Origin: Macrostomum hystrix
Lineage: Eukaryota > Animalia > Platyhelminthes
Assembly (NCBI GenBank): GCA_950097015.1
Contig: CATNEN010000003.1
Span: forward strand, 8,618,001 to 8,682,000
Length of the DNA stretch: 64,000 nucleotides
Direction: 5' to 3'
Within the stretch, counting starts at the first letter, position 1. The number at the start of each line of letters is the position of its first letter. The notes below the pieces were generated by a model. That model did not search any database and was not told where the DNA came from. It saw nothing but the letters and a program-made list of their open reading frames with translations. Shown here piece by piece: positions 35,413 to 49,500 of this stretch. The position numbers and the translations under genes are program-made.

Positions 35413-37389
35413 TGCAAAAAAATCTGTAAGAAATAAAAATGATGTTGAAGAAATGATTTTTGGCTGTGCAAAGTTTAGTTTGCAAGTACTAGAAGCTTGT
35501 AAACACAATAACAGTGCATACACTGTTTTTTACAGTTTTATATGAATAGATAGTATTTTCATTTAAGTATCATAGTTTTTTAATATATTCTAGATAAAAT
35601 ACTACAGTATTAACTATTTACTCTATTTGATCTGGCTTACAGTGATTGTTAGAAAAGGAATGTAACCTTTGGACAAGATAATCAGGCTCACAATTTGGTT
35701 CTATAAGCACTTCAGGTTTTTGCCCTTGATAAAATATAAAAGGGTATAGTGCATATAAGACACAATCACAGCACACACTGGAATATAGGGCACAGGGCAC
35801 TATAGTCAGAAATAGTCTTGATACTGGAGTTGTGTTAATTATTTAAATGACTATTCAATTTTTTAAATTGTTTTTTTGCAAGCTTAAATAGTTAAAAATT
35901 ACAATGCTTATAGTAATCTAAGATAGATATTCTTAGTGAGAAATATAAATATTTATGAAATCTAAAGCTATATTTTTAACATTTAACAATTGTAATGTTG
36001 TAAGAAATTCTTATGAATTTGTAATTTTGACTTTTTGAGAACAAATATTATTAGAAAAAATGAAAATGATTCAAGATTTTAAGATAATAGACAGCAGAAC
36101 AATACAACATTCACTTTGTTAATTTTTTCTTTGTTTTTTGTGAACACTGAAGTTTATTTCCTTTGGCATCAACAACACCAACAATTTGTCTATAAAATAT
36201 CCTATGAGAATTATATTATAGATTAGATTATAATGCTTGAGCTAAAATAAATACAGTTAAATATATATAACCTTAAAGCTATTAACTTAGTCTAGCCAGA
36301 CAGAAAAATATTGGAACTTTTATATTATTGAACAGGGCAACATAATGACTTTTTGCATGCAAATAATTTTACATATTAACATAATTTGCATATATTAATT
36401 CCTGACTGTAACTTCTTTAATTTTCCATAAATAATTGACAATTAGCCAAAAGTGGCAAAATTCAGAAAATTTCTAGGAAAACCAATGTACTGCTTAATCA
36501 ACAGTCACATATCAATTAGCATTGCTGTGAAAACTAAAAGTTAAAACTGTCACTGTCAGTGTTATTGAATTTAACAGTTGGGCCTAGGGGCCTAGCCCAA
36601 TTCAAGTATAGAGATAAAGAAAACTGAAGCAACAGAATTTTTTTCAAAAAATAGAAAACAGTAAGTTTATGAACTGGGTCAAAAAGGCATAGCTATGTTT
36701 TAAATAACTTGACGACTATGGGAAACTTGGAAGAACGCAATACTGCGCTCGAAGAATAAAATTTGTTTTGTCCTTTAAAAGGTAAATTGCAGATTGCTCA
36801 AACATTTTTATTTTTGGCTATAACAAAACCTGTCATAATTGTAACGAGGCAACTTATTATTTTAAGTGGACCCTATCTTTTTGACTTAAAAACAAATACT
36901 AAAGAATTCTAGGCTGTATGTTTTTATCTTAAAATTTTTATAAGAATGAAGGGTTTTGTGTTCATTTAAAACTTCAATTATGATGCTAATCTCGTCTTTA
37001 TTTGTGATGTTGCACTTGTCTTCTCCATGTAAATTTATCACCTTGATTATAATTGTCTATTACCTTTCGCCGTGTAATTTTTTCTATCACTGTACCCTAA
37101 AGCTTAAGACATTATTAGTTTAGTCTCTTTCCTCTAGTATATAATACAGAAAAACATTTGTAAGATTTATATCCATTATTGATTTATTGTCTAGGTCTAA
37201 ACCTAGTAGTCTTACTAAAAATGTTCTTTGGTTTAATCTCGGCTTTTTGGTTACCAAATATTTATGAAACAACACACTTTCTTTACAATGACAAACCTTT
37301 TTGGCCCTGTGGTTACCTAGATGTATTACATCAGTAATTTTGGTAATTTCTTTTCATTGTTTTGGTAAACACTGACTAGGCTTCTAGTG

Positions 37390-37872
37390 GGCAATATTCT
37401 ACTTCTGTTCGTTGTATTATTTTTTCGTTTGAATTTGTGCCACACGTGCATTCTGAGTTTGAAAAGTTGTGCTGATGTGGCTTAGTCGTGACTTGACACT
37501 TGGATCTATGTCTATGGCAAAATCTGGCAAATATGGGGGAACAGGAAGCTAAGGCACAGAAATTCTGCAGCTGAAGATTTTGCAAAGGCCAAGCTGCGTC
37601 AAATGCATGGCATGAGTGCTGCTCTATTTGAAAGCTACCTCGAAGAATTCTTATGGCGCTGTCTATACCCCAAGAATAGCTTCGGTGGCAATCGGTGCCC
37701 TCCTCTACTGGATTAGGCACTTACCCGGTTTGAAAGAAGAAAGACTGACCAAGACTTTTCAGAACTGTGTGACCAAACTACTGACTTTTTGTTACCATTA
37801 AACTTGTTTTTTGTCATTATCTGTCATTTGCAAACAAAAAAATAATATAACAAATGGAAGTAGAACATTGCC
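37390..37872 (+). mobile_element. internally deleted Merlin (IS1595/ISXO2-like) DNA transposon
   Basis: ~40-bp imperfect TIR GGCAATATTCTACTTC.. / ..GAAGTAGAACATTGCC; 8-bp TSD TTCTAGTG at 37382-37389 and 37873-37880; internal frame ~37582-37690 encodes AKAKLRQMHGMSAALFESYLEEFLWR, like the ISXO2 transposase C-terminal HG..YL.EF.WR motif. Confidence 0.85.
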
Positions 37873-40808
37873 TTCTAGTGATTCTATACTACATAGGTCT
37901 AATCCCTAATCTTATGTCAGAACTTCTGCCTTAGGGCAGCTTATATCGATCCAACCTAGACCTATAGTCAGGAAGTTGCTTAGAGTGAGCTAGAAAAAAT
38001 AGCCACCAAAAATGTGTAGGGGGCCTAGCTATGGCCAACACAAAACCCTTTTTAAAGCAAGACACTGTTTTAACTGTTTGTACACTGTGCCCCAACACAA
38101 AACCACTTTGTGTGCCAAAGAACAAAAGGCCTTCTCTAACAAACCCAATTAACCAAAAATTAAATTAATTTAGGCCTACTAATAAAGAACTGACAATCTA
38201 GATAATTATAATATTTTCATTATAATATTAGGGCCTAATTTAGATTTTACCATATGTATTGCAATAGTTTTTTTATTTACAAGAAAAAAACTTATATTTT
38301 ATCAAACCCAAAGTAGTGCAAGTAAAAAATTTTCCATTTAATTTAACTTTCTTTTGTTAATCAAATAAGAATGTCAAAGGCTTGATTTCAATTTTTGTCT
38401 ACCATACCAAGTAGTAAAGGATAAATTAAAATCCCATGTAGCAGTTTGATCAATTGTGTAGGAATGTTCACATGCTTACAACTTGTGTGAACCAGTGCTA
38501 TGCTGTGGGCCCATTGGGCCATTGTGCAGTGATGTACCACCACTACATGCCAAGAGAATGGCCAGTGTGCATTGGTATGTGCCACTATATTCCAAGAAAA
38601 TTGCCAGTGTGCGCTGTACACACAGTATCAATTTTTTACGGTCACCTTTCTGACTATGGAGTATTAGACTAGCTGACAATCTAACATTCATTGATTATGG
38701 TAACAATGACAACTAAGACTAAGAGCTAATTGAGCTAAAATAATTATTTTTTGTTAAAGGGAAAGTTTTTAAGCAGAGAAGTTGTATTTTCTAGAATCCT
38801 ACACTTTTTTAAGTCAGTTTTCAGTGTACACTGTCTGTTGCATTTGTTTATGTACTTAACTAACAGAACTATCTTGAAAGTACTTTTTACAAGTTAAATA
38901 GGAGGTAGTCAGAAGCCACATTAAATGTATTAATCATGAATCTAGTATAGCATATTTCATTAAAGCCTGATTGCCATTCTAATGTGGAGAGATATCTGAC
39001 TGAGCTCTCAAATTAGGTGTCTGATTTTGGATAATCACCCTGATTGGATGTACTTCTAGGGCTATATCATAAAAAGGATAGCAAAAAAATAATAATTCAA
39101 AGTTCAAATAATTGTTTCTTAAATAAATGAAATAAATGAAATATTCAATAATAATAAAGCATTATTTGTTAAATTTTTATTTCAAATATCAATCATGAAA
39201 TAGCTAAAAAACCACAACTCACTTGATAACTTAATTTTTTCCTTAGCTATGCTTTTTTGATTAAAGAACATTCAAAATAGCAGCCTTTGCTAGCTATTTT
39301 AACAACTTATCTAGTCACTCACTTTTAAATATGAATTATTGGCTTTATCAAGCTATTGAATTAGCTATGTTTAAAATCTAAACCATTACTCTAAATGTTT
39401 TTAAATAGTATTTTTCTTGCTTTTTATATTGTATTAAGGTTTAAGGATATGCCTAAGAAATATAAATGGTGAGATAAAGCTTGGCAGATAAGTTATAAGC
39501 ATGTCAATGTAGTAATGGACTGTACTGGAAACACTTGATTAATCTAGGAAATTATATTATACTATATTGTTATAAATTGTCTACTTATATTGTTAATATT
39601 TATATATAATTTTCTTTAAAACTAAGTGTTAAGTTTTTATTTGTTTATTTTTTATAAAAGTATTTCATTTGTTCACTAGGCCCCAGGGTCATATAGGTTG
39701 CAGCTTACAGATCAAGTATTTTGCATCTGTTTCTATTTTGAATTGGATTTTATCTTTCAATATAACTCATTTAATCTGTGTTATAGAATGGAATCCATTA
39801 TAGAATTCTACTAGGCTATTGTAGTCCTTTTGGTATTTTAATTAGCCCCGGAAAGTGTTCCTTAGTCTAGCTTATCGATAAACTCAGCAATTTTTTATTT
39901 CAGAGTATTTCATAGATTTAATTAGTAGAAGGCACTAATTAGGACCATGTATAGGAACACTAGGTGAGACTGCATGGTTGCTTGTCATATCTACTAATCT
40001 ACAGAAGCATAGACAATCTTTTTCTGTAGCATTTTTAGCACTAGATGCTAGAAGATCAAGTATTTAACATTTTCTCACACAGATCTACATTTGACTCATG
40101 TTCAGTAAGATAGTTTAGTATTCAGCATGCCCTGAATTGGCTAGGTGAAATCCCTACACTGCTCCACAACATGCACAAGGCATAAAAATATCCACCTGCC
40201 TAAGACCCCAACACCATGCCATGGAATTTAAAGTTTCTATCATGGACTGTCTGTGATCTCACTGATTGGTTGACGGACTAGGGAAGAGTGTCCTACTGTT
40301 GAGCTTTACACAATATTGAGTGAAGCTGGATAAGCTAAATAAGAAAAATTGGCATCAGGGTGTCCAAAGTTGGCAGATGCCATTTGTTAAAGGTCCAGCA
40401 GCTCTGTCTTACATGAAGGTTTGTGACCACCAAAGATGGAGACCTTTGCAGTTAACCCAAAAATTTGTCTGGGATAAGTTAAATACATTTTTGTGCCTAC
40501 AAAAACATTTTTCCATTTTTTAGATTAGCAATTTTTAGCTATTCAATGGACTTAGTAGGCTAATAAACTGCTTTAACTCTTGGTTTTCTGGTCCATTGGT
40601 GTATGGTCACCTGGGCACATGGTCCATGTATGTTTTGGTCATTTGGTTTGGGCCGCTGCAGCCACCAAAATTTCTAAACCCACAGCTAGTGGAATCAGTT
40701 GTCGTGCTCAACGACGCGAGCTGTTTTTATCTGCGCTAAGATTCGAACTCCTGACTTCCGAATTCGCATAATTTTTCCCCAGGCACCAATGAGTAGATAA
40801 GTGAATGA

Positions 40809-41100
40809 GGGGTCAGTGACAGAGCAGATCTAACGCGTTTGCCTCTCGCACCAAGGTCTCTGTGCCTGATTCCACGGCGAGGCCATATTCATTTGGAGTG
40901 CAGCCGCGGAGAGAAGGCTTGGTGGCTTGTCATGCAATTTACGCACTTAAGGGCCAACCTCCAATGCACAGTGAAAGTGTGCGCTGCCTAACGATGAGAA
41001 AGTCTTGGAAGATGTGTTAACTTGTGCCTGTCTATGTTATGTGTGCATGTGTGTTCAGAGTTCAGCGATATGGGCAGAGCTGCGGGTCTAGTGTCACCAA
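40809..41100 (+). mobile_element. tRNA-derived SINE, family A
   Basis: Collinear with the reverse complement of 580-895, including the tail ggtctagtgtcaccaaa. Confidence 0.8.
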
Positions 41101-43689
41101 ATTATTTGCTTTTGTCCGCAGACCTGCATCAATTCTTGTTAATTTATTTTTTTTCTTTAGGTTTTATATAAGAGTATTGTCACCCATCCAAGTTTTTTGA
41201 TCTTTTGGTGCGGTTTTGAATCCCTTGCGGGTTGTGGAACTTGGGAAGTATCGAAAGGATAGTAAATTTAGCTATCGCAGCTGTCTATTCAGCAGCCTCT
41301 CTCCGTGAGATTGTCTCTATCATATCCAACCAATCGGCGCCAGTCTAGTCATTTATTTCCTTCTTATTTCACTCTCTCATGCCTCCCCTTTCAAATGGTG
41401 GACACTAGACAACTAGTTTGTTAAGGTGGGGGGTGAATAGTCACGTGTATGAATCACTTCGCAGTTATTGCAGTTTTTTCTTTGTATTTTGTACTAGAAA
41501 TTTAAAGGTTATCTATCGACTGTTAGGATTGTTAGGTGGAATTTGCGCATCTATCTTGCTGTGTCGTGTTAAATGTAACCGAATAAAAATATGCGGCTAG
41601 GAGATTTTCATCGGTCTCGCTCTCTCCATACATAATCCCTCAGAGTTTGCGCCAAGAAAGAGAGATCCTCTACTATGTTTCCTTGCCCATCAGCCAAAAG
41701 CGGAGGGTGGTAGTGCTGGCAATTCCGTTTCTCTTCTCTCCCCTCCTTCCTCGCGGCCTTTCAAACCAATATATATATATATATATATGTGCACAACCTA
41801 TGCGCCTTTTGCTTGGCTTGTGTGTTAGTCTGTTCAGTCAGGTTTTTTAGATTATATTAGCATATAGTCTAGAAGAAGATTTTTCCGTGGTAGGATAGAA
41901 ATCCAAGGCTAAGCTGAGAGGGATTTTCTAATCAGTCGATTGCGAATGGCTTAGCTTATCTATCCCTTCTAGATTACTCTGCTATTCGTTGAGTTGCAGT
42001 GTTTACTAGCATTGTACATTGTTATCCGAAATTTATTTATTTTGAGTTTTATGAAGAGAATTAGCTAATACCGCTACTGGCGCTTAAACTTAGAAGCAAC
42101 TTCCTTCCTTCCTGTTATATTTTGTGTATGCAAGGCCGATGCAAGTGAATTAACCTCTAGTATTGGAAGAGAATGAATGAGCCCTATGAGCCGTATTTTG
42201 CTTTTGTTAGGACAGGATTGCGGTGAGTGCGTGTGTGCGTGTTGGGATTTTTTAGGAATCGCAAATGATGGTTTTGGTGAGGAGTTCTAAGAGTTTGCTT
42301 TAAGAGGAGAGACTGGAAGAAGCGGGGCCTGGTTTTTTTAGACTAGTGCCGATATTGTGTGTGAGAGAGAGAAGAGAGTTAGCGGGACAGAAAATGGCTG
42401 AGAGAGTCGACAAGCGATGAGATTTTTGGGATGGGTAAAGGGTGGAATTTTTTTTTGAAGGGGGGAGAGAGTAAGCAAGAAATTGTCTGCAGTATGGAGA
42501 TGAGGGAGGTATGATGAGGCGGTGTTGAATTCGACACAAACTGACAGGGAAAATAAGGGATAGAGATTTAGACTCGGGAGGGATGGGAAGGAACTGTGGT
42601 CAAGAGGGGACCTGTTTAAGGGGGCTATGCAATGGCGAAGAAAATATTAGAGTTATTGGTGGATGCCTCAGAGAGTTAGTTACTCATAAACAGGCTCTAT
42701 AGTCATACTATTTTATTGATCTGGGCCGGCTAAGGCTATGATTTCTCTCCAGTTTTTTCCCAGCCTTCCATCCTCTCCTTCTCCCTTGGGGCCCGTATGT
42801 TCTCTCTCGCGGCATTTTTCCTATCCTTGAATAGGAAATTTCTGTCTCTAATCTGAGTCTGATTATTATTCTCTGTAGCGCCCCGTGCCAAATTTGCTTC
42901 AGCTTGCTTAGTTGCTTGCTTGCCGTTTCTCTTCCCCCCCTGTCACTCATCTAATAATCTAGTAAAATAGCCAGTGGTCATTGCTTAGGACAGCTACAGC
43001 TCTCTCTCAATCTCTCTGCCTCTTTGTGTCTTCTGTGCACTCAAATTAGCTCTCTTTAACTGCCTTCAGAATGTTAATTCGTCTTTTTCTTCCTTTGCTT
43101 TCGTTCTTTCTTTCTGCCTGACCCAAATTCGTCACTTTCACCCCGAACAATAACTTAATATTAAATATATTAACAGAATAGAGAACGAGCATTGAAGATC
43201 TATATTATACATAAAATTCAACAATTCAAAACTGGTGCACAAAACTTTTGTCTTTCTCTAGTTGGGTACGTTGTTAAACACATTGGCGCGAGTACAGTGT
43301 GCTTTTCCAGCAACAGACAGTCCTTCACCTACTTGTGAAACCCTCTGAAACTCAAAAGCTGATATAACACATTCACACTAGAATTCATTTATTTTTATTT
43401 GTGTGTGTGTTTGAGTACAATGCTTCAGAAATTGACCACAGAGGTTGGTTATAAAGAGAGAAGGAAAGTTATGTACACATTCAGCAGGTTTTTCTCTCTC
43501 TCCAATTTCTGCGCCTGTCAAATCTTTCATTGTGCCACTCTTCCCATCCTTTCCGACTTAGTCGCTCGCAATTTACAGCCTTGACTGCCGAAATATCATT
43601 TCTACTAGCAGTTTTTTTAGCTCTTCTACAATCAACTCTGACTTCATAGAGTTCACAGAAGTACAATTAATTGACTCGTTCACAGAACT

Positions 43690-43950
43690 CATTACCCTGT
43701 ACAGTACCCTGACTCACTAATTGACTCAATCACAGTACCTGACTTACTAATTGACTCAATCACAGTACCCTGACTTACTAATTGACTCAATCACAGTACC
43801 CTGACTCACTAATTGACTCAAGCACAGTACCCTGACTCACTAATTGACTCAAGCACAGTACCCTGACTCACTAATTGACTCAAGCACAGTACCCTGACTC
43901 ACTAATTGACTCAATCACAGAACCCTGACTCATTAATTTACTCAATGACA
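43690..43950. repeat. 31-nt minisatellite (CAGTACCCTGACTCACTAATTGACTCAATCA)n
   Basis: About 8 tandem units. Confidence 0.93.
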
Positions 43951-45029
43951 GAACTCACTAACAAATTGACTCATTCAGTCGTTCACGCGAGTCTATGGGT
44001 GCAGTTCTTTTAAGATATTATAACTTATAAGATAGAATTAATAAATAACACAAAAGTAACACAGACGTATTTTCACGGTTCTGTCTGTCGTATCCCAACC
44101 CTCCTCTTGTCCCCAAACCTCTCTCGGCTCCAGCCAGATGTGCCAAGCCTGCATTGGGACACGTGTTTGCGCACCGCTAAATGGATAGAGCCGCATTAGA
44201 CTAGAGGGAGATGGAGAGAGTGTAGGATGCCAGAGTGCTAGAAAAATCCATCCCCACCCATTTTTCTGTCTAAGCATTGCCAAATTGAAATTTCCCTTTT
44301 CTCCGCATCAAGCTGTACAGTTATCTGCGTGCATGTGTGTGTGTGTATTAACCACATTTTCTTCTCTAGCCTTTGCCTTGCTTTTGAAAGCTTAGGGACT
44401 TTGCATTCCAATTTCTTAGATACTATCCACTGTACTTGATATTTTAAAGCTACAACTAAACGTATAAACTGTTACACATACTAAATGTTTGGAACTAGAA
44501 AATTATTCATATGCGATTATATACTTGCACCCTGGCCCTCTCTATTAGCTTGCTTCTATGTGTTGTTTCTTTCACTATTTCTGTGCAGTTCTATTCATTT
44601 TCTCTTTTAGAATTGTCGATTTTATTGTAGCCTGTGAGGCTGCTAAATGTCGGGTGATATTTGGTGTAACTATTTTTAGAATTAACACTGCTAATACATG
44701 AACACATCTTTTTGTGTTTGCAAGAAAATTATTACTTTAAGTAATAAGGATACTTTATAATGATGATTTATAATATTCTTCGAGTTTTTTATTATTAACT
44801 ATATTCACAATTTTTGGCAAGCAAATTATTTTAAAACTTCAGTCTAGCATGCACGTTTTTTATTATATTTTACTCTCTATCGAATGTACCTTTACCTACC
44901 AAGTCAGTTTTATTTGCCATAAACCTAACTATATCTACCATCAAATCTATTATTTCTGCCACAAAAACTTTCTCATCTACGATAAAATATACTTTATGTT
45001 ACCATTAACTTACTGTATCCACCATTGAA

Positions 45030-46340
45030 TCTACTTTATCTACCATGAACTGACTTTAGCTACCATCAACTACAATTTCTTGCATAAAATCTTCCTTATC
45101 TACTCTAAACTCTACTTTATCTACCATGAAATCTACTTTATCTACCATGAACTGACTTTAGCTACCATCAAATCTACAATTTCTTGCATAAAATCTTCCT
45201 TATCTACTCTAAAATCTACTTTATCTATCATGAAATCTACTTTATCTACAATTTCTTTCATAAAATCTTCCTTATCTACTCTAAAATCTACTTTATCTAC
45301 CATGAAATCTACTTTATCTACCATAAACCGACTTTAACTACCATTATATCTACAATTTCTTGCATAAAATCTTCCTTATCTGCTCTAAAATCTACTTTAT
45401 CTACCATGAAATCTACTTTATCTACCATAAACCGACTTTAACTACCATTATATCTACAATTTCTTGCATAAAATCTTCCTTATCTGCTCTAAAATCTACT
45501 TTATCTACCATGAAATCTACTTTATCTACCATAAACCGACTTTAACTACCATTATATCTACAATTTCTTGCATAAAATCTTCCTTATCTGCTCTAAAATC
45601 TACTTTATCTACCATGAAATCTACTTTATCTACCATAAACCGACTTTAACTACCATTATATCTACAATTTCTTGCATAAAATCTTCCTTATCTACTCTAA
45701 AATCTACTTTATCTACCATGAAATCTACTTTATCTACCATAAACCGACTTTAACTACCATTATATCTACAATTTCTTGCATAAAATCTTCCTTATCTACT
45801 CTAAAATCTACTTGATGTACCATGATATCTACTTTATGTTCCATAAACCTACTTTATCTACCATGAAATCTACTTTATCTACCATAAACCGACTTTAACT
45901 ACCATTATATCTACAATTTCTTGCATAAAATCTTCCTTATCTGCTCTAAAATCTACTTTATCTACCATGAAATCTACTTTATCTACCATAAACCGACTTT
46001 AACTACCATTATATCTACAATTTCTTGCATAAAATCTTCCTTATCTGCTCTAAAATCTACTTTATCTACCATGAAATCTACTTTATCTACCATAAACCGA
46101 CTTTAACTACCATTATATCTACAATTTCTTGCATAAAATCTTCCTTATCTACTCTAAAATCTACTTTATCTACCATGAAATCTACTTTATCTACCATAAA
46201 CCGACTTTAACTACCATTATATCTACAATTTCTTGCATAAAATCTTCCTTATCTACTCTAAAATCTACTTGATGTACCATGATATCTACTTTATGTTCCA
46301 TAAACCTACTTTATCTACCTTAGAATCTACTTTATCTACC
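45030..46340. repeat. 104-nt tandem repeat built from ~21-nt subunits (AAATCTACTTTATCTACCATG-like)
   Basis: Near-identical pseudo-ORFs recur at 45360, 45464 and 45568 (period 104). Confidence 0.95.
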
Positions 46341-46544
46341 ATACACCTACTTTAAGTAGCATTAAATGTGCTAAGAAATCTACTTAATTTGACAATATAT
46401 GCCTTAAAATCTACCTAATTAACTTTTTTAAGTTATTTGTTCAGGATCTTCTACTGTCAAACGGTGAGTAAAAGCCATAGCAACTGGTTCGCATTGCAGT
46501 GAGTCGCCAATTAAGCGCAGCCAGCAGCAGCCATCCATAGCCTG

Positions 46545-49500
46545 ATGGAGCACGCCAGCGGCGGACCCTTATCGAACGGTCCGCTATCCAATGGCCCAAT
46601 GTCTAATGGGCCAATGTCGAATTTATCGACGCATCACTCCGAGAACGGCTTTAATCAGAGGCGCCGACTAGAAGAATGGCAATTGCCAACTATTTTATAT
46701 TTTCTTGCGTTTCACAAGAAGCGATTCAAATTTCCGCGCATTCGCCTGACCGATCTGGATCGGGTGTTGGATAGTCCCGACACCAGCGTCCTGCGAGACA
46801 TTCTAGCCAGAATGCTGCGCGTGATGCGAGGCGGAGATCCCAATGTTACTATGCTCAATGCTGAGCAGCAGATGGCTATGTACTTTCAGGTGAGAATGGC
46901 TTTCATGAAAAATGAAATTGAGGGTATTTTAAATCCTTCGTCGTCTTTCTACTGAAAATTCCAACGGTGACATGTTGATTTATATGGGAATCAGTGAACT
47001 GACAATTGTTTGTTTTTAATTCTCTTCTAGGAGAAGCGGCCCCAGATTGCCAAGCAGTTATCTACTAGTCGCCTAGACGACCTGGGCTTCGAAGCCAAAA
47101 CTCGCCTATTAAAGAAAGTCATCGACTATTTAAACGACGATCTAATCCCAAATTGGGAGATGGAATCAATGCGCTACGACTCGCAACAGCAGGATGACTG
47201 CGGTGCTATCAATTGCGGCGCCGATAGGCGAAATCGGCGACACTTCTACTTGGACGATCATCGGCTCTATCGGCAGCGATTAGACGACGACACCTGCGGC
47301 AATGGCGCCATCGGACCTTGCGGCAGTGTTGGCAGTGTCGGCAGCGTTGGCAGCGGCGGCGGCAGCCCGCCGGCCTCACAACAGGCCTACGAAATGGTTG
47401 TCGGACCGTGCGCCGAAGACTGGGAGAAATTCATCAGCGACATGCTGGCTTCTAGAAATGCCAACGAGCGGGATTTAGGAGAATTTCTACAGGTTTGAGT
47501 TGTTTATAATATCCCTGTCATTACTTCATGTTATTCAATATGACATTTTCCGATCCTCCATGACCAATTTTCATTACTTATGACCTACTGTCCTACCTCC
47601 ATGACCTACTTAGCTACACCCATGACCTACTTAGCTACACCCATGACCTACTTAGCTACACCCATGACCTACTTAGCTACACCCATGACCTACTGTCCTA
47701 CCTCCATGACCTACTTAGCTACACCCATGACCTACTTAGCTACACCCATAACCTACTGTCCTACCTCCATGACCTACTTAGCTACACCCATGACATTCTA
47801 AGCTACACCCATGACCTACTTAGCTACACCCATGACCTACTTAGCTACACCCATGACCTACTTAGCTACACCCATGACCTACTTACCTACACCCATGACC
47901 TACTAACCTACGTCCATGACCAACTAATCTACATCTCAATCCGACCTTGCCCAAACAGGGCTTCCTATTGGACATTGTTGTGCCTGAGCTTCGTCAGGGC
48001 GGCCACATGCTTGGCAACGAGGAGCTGCAGCCCGACTGCCTGCTGCGGATGGAGCGGCTGCACTGTCGCGAACTTCGTCAGGCTCGCAATGAGCCAATTC
48101 CGCCAGAGGAGGAAGCCGAAGCTCACGCGGCAGCCGTTGCCGCAGCCGTTCTAGAATCGACAGCGAATGATCAGCAGCCGCCGCAGCTGCAGCATCACAG
48201 TCAGCAGCAGGAGCAGCCGCACAGCTGTCCGCCTGTACAGCAGCAGCACTCGTACCCTGGCATGGGTCCGGCAATATCCAGCTCCGCCAGCATCAACGGA
48301 CCGAGAAGTGTCGGCCATCAGCCGGCTTCAACGCCGCACACACCGTCAGCTCTGGTGCCGCCGCATACGCCGAACTCCTCGTCGGCAATGAATCCGCCGT
48401 CAGTGTCAACTGGTCAGCAGCCGATAGCGTCGTCTTCTACTTTATCGACGTCAATGTCGGCTTCTTTAGCTACGCCGAGCTCTGTTAGTCAGGCCTCTTA
48501 TCAGCAGCAGCAGCAGCAGCAGCAGCAGCAATCGGTGGCGACTGCGGCCGTTGCTAGCAGTCCTGCTGTCGCGCAATTAAATTCAGTTTATCCTCCTAGT
48601 AGCAACAGCAGCGGATTTCAGTCGAATGCACCGATTTCTCAACCACAGCAACAGATGCGAGATGTCAAGGTAAGCCTGCTAGTCTTTAAAAATATTCGTA
48701 GTGTTGCTTTCATTGAAATTGTAGTTTTTTTCTGGATATTTTACTATTTGCTAGTTTGGATTTTACTGTTGGTATGGAATTTTAAGAGCGTCAGACTCAC
48801 AACTTGAAGGTCGGGGGTTCGATTACCGACTCCACCTGGAACAATTTGTGTCCTTAGACACAGTGCTTTAATTTATCCCAGCTGTCAAATGGGTACCAGC
48901 ATCAGCTGGATTAATTGAGGGTGGATGTGGCAGCTGCGGCTGTTGCTGTGCTGTCGGCTGCACATCTGTCCCAATTGGAGCAGGTGTATTCAATTATAAA
49001 TGTAATTATTATTATAGGATTTTGCTGTATGCTATTGGGATCTTCACTCTAGCATTGGGATTTTCACTGTTGCTATGGGATTTTTATTGTTGCTATGGGA
49101 TTTTCACTGTTGCAATGGAATCTTGCTGTGGCTATTGAATTTTACTTACGTTTTGCAGATATGAGATTTTAAGCTTTAAGCATGAATATTCTCACACGCT
49201 TAAATAACTATACAAAACAGGGCTAAGTATTGCTTGAGCACAATTGCATATCTATCAAATAGTTTTTTAAACTTGTATTTCACACCACAGCGCCAGATGT
49301 CGCCAATGTTCGACTATAATCAATCGCAGTCTCAGCAGCCGCCATACAGCCAGCATCAACAGCAGCAGCAGTATCCGGATTATTATCATCAACAGCAACC
49401 AGTTAGCGGTTATCAGCCGACATTATCAGCTGATCCTGCAGCGGATTTGCAGTTCGGACAATCCGATTGTGTAAGCTTTCTGCTTGCATTTGTCAGTTAT

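Noticed and set aside
35413-35523. N-terminal extension of the 363-aa hnRNP ORF (MYALLL..)
   Set aside because: It starts at a non-ATG codon upstream of a splice acceptor at 35424-35425; comparison with the paralog places the start at 35412.
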